Positions 55,309-64,000 of a stretch of DNA of 64,000 nucleotides are shown in pieces. The DNA lies in contig OZ024740.1 of NCBI GenBank assembly GCA_964016885.1, forward strand, positions 273,978,001-274,042,000, written 5' to 3'. The first letter of the stretch is position 1, and each line of letters opens with the position of its first letter. The stretch comes from Eledone cirrhosa (taxonomy: Eukaryota). Under the pieces are notes generated by a model, which worked only from the letters and a program-made list of their open reading frames with translations, made no database searches and had not been told where the DNA came from. A program made the translations under genes and the position numbers.

Positions 55309-55470
55309 CAGGGCCGTCGTAACGCATGGGCACTCTGGGCAGTTGTCCGGGGGCCCCACGAGAATAGGGGGCCCATTTGTATTTTTATTCCTGTGAGTAG
55401 TTGTGTAGGTAGGGGCCTCAATGGTGCTCTGCTTTGCCCTGGGGCCTAAAATGCTGTTAAGACGGCCCTG
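55309..55470. mobile_element. hAT (Tip100-like) MITE
   Basis: 15-bp TIR CAGGGCCGTC(G/T)TAAC; 8-bp decayed TSD GTTTAAAT / GTGTATAT. Confidence 0.85.
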
Positions 55471-55489
55471 GTGTATATGTGAGTAAAAG

Positions 55490-55848
55490 AGTGTGTATAC
55501 ATGTAAGTGCGAAGCTATGAGCAAAAGTATGTCAACATAAGGGTGTGTATGTGTGTATGCATGTAAGTACGAAGCTATGAGCAAAAGTATGTCAATATAA
55601 GGGTGTGTGTATATATGTAAGTACGAAGCTATGAGCAAAAGTATGTTAACATAAGGGTGTGTATGTGTGTATACATGTAAGTACGAAGCTATGAGCAAAA
55701 GTATGTCAATATAAGGGTGTGTGTATATATGTAAGTACGAAGCTATGAGCAAAAGTATGTCAATATAAGGGTGTGTATGTGTGTATACATGTAGGTACGA
55801 AGCTATGAGCAAAAGTATGTTAATATAAGGGTGTGTATGTGTGTATAC
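55490..55848. repeat. Minisatellite, about 6 units of 60 or 54 bp
   Basis: ATGTAAGTACGAAGCTATGAGCAAAAGTATGTCAATATAAGGGTGTGT... Confidence 0.92.
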
Positions 55849-55968
55849 AGAGCAATGAAGGGAAAAGTGGAGTGAGCATATATAGTCGCCATGTATTAGT
55901 TGTAAGAGAAGATGTTAATGATCAAGAGGAAGCGATAGGAATCTAGGGGTGTGATAATGGACGAGGTA

Positions 55969-56310
55969 TTAGAGAAATTGGAGAGGTGAGTTGAACCCAA
56001 GAGAGGAATAGGGCCCAAGGCGGTGAATCAGACTTTGTTCAGTCCTGGTGCGCGAGGCCTGTGATCCATGATGTAAAAGGACACCCAGGACTGAAACATG
56101 TAGGGAAGAATGACCAGGAGAACAGAAATGACGGGCGACAGGAGCATCCAAACCGAGTCGCATGTCCCTCAAATGTTCGGCAAAACGGTCCGCCACGTGG
56201 CGTCCCGTTTGTCCGATATATAAAGACCGGCTAAGGAAACACCGGAGGGCATAGACAACGTGGGTGGAGGTGAAGGTAAAAGAGTGGCGGATACGGAAAG
56301 ACCCGTTTAG
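55969..56310 (-). CDS. Neptune-type PLE GIY-YIG endonuclease domain (truncated)
   Basis: FT.TSTHVVYALRC..LYIGQTGR.VADRFAEH..PVARHF..H..R..EQSLI.RLG..GFN. Confidence 0.88.
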   Translation of the reverse strand, partial: LNGSFRIRHSFTFTSTHVVYALRCFLSRSLYIGQTGRHVADRFAEHLRDMRLGLDAPVARHFCSPGHSSLHVSVLGVLLHHGSQASRTRTEQSLIHRLGPYSSLGFNSPLQFL

Positions 56311-58069
56311 CATCACTTGCATGTATTTACGGAGTAAATGAACACATATTTTATGATTAGATGTGTGCTAGCATGGAAAAAGCAGTGTAATGATGAGGAA
56401 AGTGAAGATGATCGTTCATCGTTCTTTTTACGTTTCTATCTCCATGCTTGCATGGGTTAGTTTGATCTTATCCAGCACAACTTTTCCTTCACTCATTATG
56501 TTCCTTCAGGATCACCTCTGTGAGTTCACCATTTTGAGCTCTGTTCTGCTCTAACCTCGTTGGTTTACGGAGTTTGGTGGGAGTGAATAAGTTGGAATGG
56601 GTGAAAGGGTGACAGGTGGGTCACAGAAGAAAAATGCTTGAAAAAAGGCGTAGTTAAAATCGCTGATCTGGGATGGAGTGTCACGGAAAGTGGTACGCAT
56701 GATAAGATGGGAGCATTGGTTGAGGATCAAATGAAGAAGGGAGCCAGTATATTCTGAGGTGGAAGTTGAAGCGAAAACCATGGTGGATGAGTTAGAAATG
56801 ACGATAGCAGATGAAAGTGATGTGGTTGGTGTACTGGGTTTTATCAAAGAGGAGGTAAAATATTCAGAGTGTAGGTTGAATGTAGAAGGGGAGAAAAGGG
56901 GGTCTAAGCAAAGTTTAAAGCAGGAACAGAGTTGACAGTGAAAAGTTCTTTCGTTGAGCATGGTTGGGGAGGAAGCACACAAGGGTAAAAGAGGAGAATG
57001 CAAGGAGATAGTAACGAGAGGGTGAACTTAAAAAAAGAAAAAGAAAAGGGACAAAGAAAAAAGAGGTAAAATGTGAGAAAAACGAGGAAAGGGGGAAGAA
57101 GAAGAGAAAAAGGAGAAGAAAATGAGAAAGAAGAGAGTGGTGAAGAAAGAAAGAGTACTCAACACTAGAAAGTAGTATATAAAAATGATTTATCATGTTA
57201 AGTTACAGTTAGTACATCTCCCTTCATTAAACAACTTTAACAATCATAATTAGGTGCATGTTTTGTTATTGTGTGTTTTGTTTGTGCATGTGTGTTTGTA
57301 TGTGTGTGTGTGTGTATGTGTGTGTGTGTGTGTGTGCAATATTTGGGAAATATCTTTTTTTTTTCATGTTTTACATTTCTTGTAACTGTTTAATTTCTAA
57401 TGTTCTGGTGAAAGAGTGTATGCGAGGTTTTAAGTTCTGATTGAAGACTTCGAATAACTGGTTTGAATATCCCTACTTACGAAGTCATACTGATCTATGC
57501 TGAATTTGATCAGTAACAATGAATGAGAAACTTGATTCTTGCAGGTTTAGTTCACCTTGCTATAAATAATTTCCATGAATAAACTGCAACTGAATTCTAG
57601 AAACAGCAGAAGTAATGTCATTTGATATCTATATCATTAGCTTTCTGTGCTGAGTTCAAATTCCCCTAATCGTTTTCTCTTCCAGAGAGGGTTTACAGTC
57701 TTAGCTTAACTGCTAACAGATACACAGCATGAAGTTGGAAACTACAGTTACACACAAACATCTAAATTTATTATAACCATTGTTGCTGCTGCTTAGCCAC
57801 AGGTGAACCCCCAATCAAAAACAACAGTAATTTAATATATTCCAGATCTAATCATCTTTCGTTTTCAGGAGTATATTAAATTAACTTCCGTTCTTTACTT
57901 TTTCTTAAAAAATATTAGTCTGCTATAAAGAGTAGTATGCTGCCATTTATTTATAATCCTATAACTAGATAGGTTATAATTGTTGTTGGTATTGATTTTG
58001 TTGTAAATGTTGTTACTTTTGGTTAACTCTAGGTTAATCCTAATCCAAGTTAATCCAAATGAGTGGTTA

Positions 58070-58340
58070 GAGTATCAGATTCACCAATGTGAAGATGTGA
58101 GTTTCATTCTTGAACAGGGTGATGTTGTGTTCTTGAGCAAGACACTTTAATGCCTCGTTGCTTCGGTTCACTCAACTGTAGAAATGAGTTGCAACATTAC
58201 TCATGCCAGCAAGTACCAGCCTTTACGTTTCCCTTTGACAACATCAATGGCATGGATGGGAAACTGTTGGTCTTCCCACAAAACACATTTCCTTGATTTC
58301 TACCTAGGAAAAGAAATATTCTACATGCAAATACCATGGG
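58070..58340 (+). mobile_element. Diverged CORE-like SINE
   Basis: TGTGTTCTTGAGCAAGACACTTTA..TCAACTGTAGAAATGAGTTGC. Confidence 0.75.
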
Positions 58341-58380
58341 TGTGTGTATATATATATATATATGTGTGTGTATATATATA

Positions 58381-58920
<540 letters not shown>

Positions 58921-59100
58921 ATATATATATACGTAGGGTTGTGTCTGTGTGTCAAAGGCAAACAGAAACAACAAAGCAAACGAGAGTACTTTGAAGTATA
59001 ACAGCAGCAAAAGCGTCTTAATGTTTCGGACAAAATATTTTTATTATATATAGAATATATGCCAAACTGGTGAATACCTTCCTATCTCTCTCTCACTCTT

Positions 59101-59188
<88 letters not shown>

Positions 59189-59310
59189 CATAGCGAGAGA
59201 GAGAGAGTCTATGGTGCTGAGATCAAGGAGACCACTAATCATCTAAGTCCTTGAAAGGCTTGCTGAACACTCAAGCAGAGACCGCTTGATGCTGTGGTTA
59301 GGATTTTACA

Positions 59311-59360
<50 letters not shown>

Positions 59361-60723
59361 AATATATATATATATACATTTATTCTATTAGTGGATATCG
59401 ATATGAGATTGTGACCATGTTGGATCACATTCGCCTTGAAAGGTTGCTCCAGTTAATCATATCAACCCAAGTACTTATTTTGTTTTTCAAGTCTGGTATA
59501 GGACATACCAGACAATAGCAAACATAAGCACAAAAAAACACACAAATATATATAAGTGTGTATTAATTACTCAATCTTTATTTTCTATTTAAAATTATTA
59601 TAATACTAAACAATTACTAACATTCACTGTTTAAACAAATTAGTGGAAGAGATTCATTAGGGATTTTAGTTTAGTTAGGTAGAGTTTTTTTTCAAAAATA
59701 GAACCTTTGCTCTTTTATTCAAATGAAGTTTTTCTGAACATTTATCTTTAAAAATATATTTTATACATTTATCTACTTATTTAAATTCAGTGAAGAGGAT
59801 GTGGAATATAAATTATTACATCATTAACTAAAATGCTAATTAATTTGCCAAGCAGTGCAGTGAAAAATCTATTGATAGCTTAATATTTGCAATATAATAT
59901 ATTAAATGCATACTTGAAACAAATAAAACAGTAAGAAAAGTGATACTAAGAATGAATAAGGCAAACATTTCACATAGCCATATGTGTGTGTGTGTGTATC
60001 TGTGTGTGTATCTTGTGTATGTATGTGAGTTTATACACTTACATATAAGGAAGTATTTAATTATACACGCACGCACACATTGATATTAAGACACAAATAC
60101 ACTAATCTAGTTGTGTATATATGTATACACAATATATGTACACACAATACAAATAGAAAAGAAGAAATGTAAAAATAATATTCAGAGAAATATTCTATAA
60201 TGGTAATGATATTGATGATGTGGGTGATAATAATGATCATTGTGGTACTACTAATGGTAGTAATTAAAAGTGTAAGAACAACAAACTTTAAAAAAGAAAC
60301 TTGTAATAAATTTACTTTTTTTGGCTTTTAATGTAAAATGAATGCAAAATAAAAGTTTTATATCTATTTTTAAGTTCAAAGAAGCAATTACATCATAGCA
60401 TAATTATGGAGCAGAGTTAAAATGGCTAATTAAATCCAAATATTATCAAAATATAGAGGTTTTATGATTCCGTCCAAGAAAATGACCCGAAATATTTTGA
60501 TTTATCATTTCAGTGGAAAGGAAACATGATTTCCTTTCTACACTGATCGCATTTAATTTAAATCTTTTGGAGAATTCGAAACATTTTTCATGGGCTATTT
60601 ATATTCTAAGCTAAACCACGTATTATATGTGTAGGGAGGGGGAAGTTTGATTTTGACATACCCTTTCAAATGTTGTTGTTTAATGAAGTGTTTGATGAAT
60701 TTGCTCTGCAAATCATGTGTGTT

Positions 60724-60764
<41 letters not shown>

Positions 60765-60801
60765 ATATATATATACATGTATATATATATAGATATATAT
60801 C

Positions 60802-60876
<75 letters not shown>

Positions 60877-60989
60877 ATATATATATATATATATTTGTAT
60901 TTATATATATATATATATATATGTTTGTTTTCGTCTATTCTCATGATATTGTTTGCTTCATATGCACATGCGTGTATGTATGTTTTTGC

Positions 60990-61030
<41 letters not shown>

Positions 61031-61479
61031 TATACATACACATACATATGTATATATATACACGAACATATGTATATATATGTATATATGTATATATATA
61101 TGCATGTGTATGTGAGTGGGCCTGCATGGGTGGGTGTGTATTTATAGATATCTGTATACATATATGTGGGTATTCTTTTTGATATCTCTTCCTTGTTTTT
61201 TCTTCTTTTTCTGTTGTTGTTCTTGGTTTTCCAAACGTATCTATTATGTTGCTTGTTTCATTGTTTTGTTTTTGTTTGTATTATTCATATTGGAGTCAGA
61301 GTTGGTGTTGGAGTAGATATTGTTGACATGAGGGAATGAGAGACAGTGTTTGTTTTGCTGTTATTGTTTAGCTGGTTTCTTTGTTGTTGCTGTTGTTGTT
61401 ATGGTAGTGGCAAAGGTGGCGGTAGTGGGTTTTTTTAAAACTTCTGAAATGAATAGATTTTCTCTTAACCTTCCTCTTC

Positions 61480-61840
61480 ACAGATAACACCACTACCATC
61501 ACACTCACCATCACAACCCTCACCACAACCACAGCTAACACCATTGCTACCACGCTCACTACCACCACTACTACAGGTAACTCCACTGACACAATGCTCA
61601 CTATGACCCCCCCCCCCCCCCCCACCACCACCACCACCACCACCACTACCGTAGCTAACTTCACTGCCACCACACTCATCATCACCACCACCACCACTCC
61701 CACAGTTAACTCCACTGCCACAATGGTCACCACCACCACCACCACCACCTCCACTAACACAGCTAACACCACTGCCACCACGCACATCAGCACCACCAAC
61801 ACAACTACCACTGCCCCCACCATCACCTCCACCATTCCCA
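61480..61840. repeat. (ACC)n-rich degenerate low-complexity tract
   Basis: Direct observation. Confidence 0.85.
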
Positions 61841-62454
61841 CTGTACATAAACTGGCCATTCTGGTATAGCCCACCTAAAATAACCTATAATTACAAGGAA
61901 AATAAACAGACATGTTGTCATCCACTTATTGTGTTGAGAGCAGTAAGAACCTGCTGGCCAACCTGCCAACAATTTTGAAGTTTGATTATTGTTATAACTT
62001 GTGCATGTGGCAAACAACCATATTGTTAGTCTGTTGTCTAACATCCTCTTGCATAAAACATGTTATTAATACTGTTGTTGTTTTTGTTGCTGTTGGCATT
62101 ATTATTATTGTGGTCAGTATGGTAATTTTGCAAAATCGTTAGAGTGTGGGATAAAATGTTAATGAAGGTCTGTGTAAATTCTGGGTTCAAATATTGCTGA
62201 GGCCTCACATTGCTTTTCATCATGCCAAGGTTTTTTTTAAAACTAAGTACCATTCAATCTTTGAAGTTTATTTTATTGACTATCCCCACAAAATATTTCA
62301 GGCCTTATCCTTATGTTAGAATTGTGGTGAATTGGCATTATCATTAGTGTTTGTAGTATTTAGTTCCATCCCTTTTATTTTATCATTCTGCAGAGGTTGA
62401 ATTTACCTTTCATCATTCTGGGATCAATAACAAAATAACAGTCAAGTTCTTGAG

Positions 62455-62785
62455 ACCCCTCAGTCACGAATTCCCATGTAATTTGCACCTAGAAAGTTCC
62501 CCTCAGAGCCAGAAGTCTGTGCAAGTTTGTCTGTGGAAGACCAGTAGACGCCCATACATACCAGTCTTCCCTCTCCACACCACTGATGTTATCCAAGGGA
62601 AAGGCAAATGCTGATACAGCTTGGCACCAGTGACATCACAACTCATTTCTACCACTGAGTGAACTGGAACAACAAGAAATAAAGTGTCTTGCTGAAGAGC
62701 ACAATGCAAAATCCAGTCAAACATTCAAACTCTTAACCTCGCGATTGCAAGCCCAATGCTCTAACCACTAAGCTATGTGTCTTCA
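62455..62785 (-). mobile_element. Full-length CORE-like tRNA-derived SINE
   Basis: Head TAGCTTAGTGGTTAGAGCATTGG.. plus family body. Confidence 0.85.
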
Positions 62786-63289
62786 CGTGCAGAGAAGTAT
62801 TGCAGCTGATATAATCAACTATTTCCTCTCCATCTAAATTGATGAAAAACAACTAGCCACTCTTTAACAGAGTATATTCAGTCTATGGCCCATGGATAGC
62901 TTCCAGAAATCCCTAGCTTGGTAGTGTTACCAAGAGGCATTGCCAGTTCAAAATAACCGCTAGAGCATGGAAGTGCCAGCGATCTGCACAGAGTGATGAA
63001 ACCAATCATGCATGCAGTCAGTAAATGTTAGTTGTATTTGTTAAATATTTTTAACACGATAAACCTTACATTGTACTGTCTGATACCATCCTGTAACATC
63101 CTCAATGTTTTCTTAATTTGGCTAATACACAAATCATTATTATTACTAGCAGAAAACCACCCGTAGTATTTAGTTCCACCCCTTTTATATTATCATTCTA
63201 GTACTTTAGGTGGTTGTCTACTAGCCTGTGTAGGTGTGAATATTGATATTATACGCAAGTATATATACATGTAGATATGATTATTATAA

Positions 63290-63505
63290 GAGTGGTGCAG
63301 TGGCAGTATCAGTAGAGTGCTGCACACCCTGCATTGCGGCATAGAATTACGGCCCTTTCTGTGTTCAAATCCTGCCGAGATTAGCTTTGCCATTTTATCC
63401 TAATGGGGTTGATAAAATAAAGCAACAGTAACATACTGGGGCCAATTTAATTCACTTTCCCCTCTCCCCAAATTACTGGCTTTGTGCCCACATTAGAAAT
63501 TATTA
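63290..63505 (+). mobile_element. OK/OR-like SINE
   Basis: Head, B-box GTTCAAATCC and body. Confidence 0.83.
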
Positions 63506-64000
63506 ATATTATTAGTAGTAGTTGAGTCTGAACGGACGTCTTTTTGCTCGCTCCCGTAAGTTCACTTATTTACCTATCAAAACTGATTTATTGAATTATT
63601 TGTTGTGTGTAAGGCATACAATCCCTTGGACTTTGCCCTGTGAAGGGGAAAGAATAATATTTGGGCCATTTGGCCCAAATATTTGAACTTTTTTACATTT
63701 TAAAAAATTATCGAGAAAAAAAAAAAACATGGCTGAGACCCCCCCCCCCCCCCCCTCCCCCCAGCGATATGTCTGCTGTCGTACGACAACGACGTAGAAG
63801 TTGAGAGGAGCGCTACAGCGAAATTAACCGATATTGATAACACAAACACCATCACAAACAATGTAAACAAAGACACCAATGATACCAAGAAGAACTCTAA
63901 TTTTGAAAAAAAAAAGCCGTAGCAGTGACAACGAAAATACAGATAACAAAAAAAAATGACAAATGCAACAACACTATCAACACCACTAACATGAAAACAA

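Larger units (their letters stand above)
54890..57200 (-). mobile_element. Internally deleted Neptune-like PLE (N-terminal remnant, GIY-YIG, 3' HHR)
   Basis: N-terminal-like QYTNHITFI...HHGFRFNFH and CSHLIMRTT at 56530-56900; GIY-YIG at 55969-56310; HHR at 54974-55009; boundaries approximate. Confidence 0.65.

Noticed and set aside
55490-55848. CRISPR-like periodic array
   Set aside because: Units are near-identical with no unique spacers; it is a eukaryotic minisatellite
61368-61874. Val-, Gly- or Thr-rich ORFs (mucin-like)
   Set aside because: Open in several frames on both strands because of the (ACC)n repeat; no splice or motif support
62700-62785. tRNA gene
   Set aside because: A/B-box-like sequence is the head of a SINE and has no full cloverleaf; the same applies to the other SINE heads
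63656-63683. 13-bp-arm hairpin AATATTTGGGCCA-TT-TGGCCCAAATATT
   Set aside because: Isolated, not TA-flanked, no Helitron CTRR end or other context

Overview
AT-rich, microsatellite-dense animal genomic DNA. The SINE, RTE and Penelope repertoire looks like a coleoid cephalopod such as Octopus; this is an inference. Most entries in the ORF track are translation artefacts of (TA)n/(CA)n/(AAT)n repeats. The window is dominated by transposable-element debris: Penelope-like elements (PLEs) with RT and GIY-YIG remnants, two Helitrons, RTE/R4/Tx1 LINE fragments, tRNA-derived SINEs and two hAT MITEs. The most striking pattern is that several unrelated PLE-end families sit in (TA)n tracts as fold-back (inverted-repeat) insertions, from about 100 bp to 3.4 kb. 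One arm stops at a fixed point, and the other carries an extra tail of about 50-130 nt. The arms carry type I hammerhead ribozyme (HHR) motifs: about 10 with intact cores plus several decayed or variant ones, some with unusually long stem II. Inversion or truncation breakpoints repeatedly fall inside HHR stem II. A possible minus-strand host (pseudo)gene with phase 1-1 exons lies at about 5.1-8.2 kb. All calls were made by eye, without database searches.
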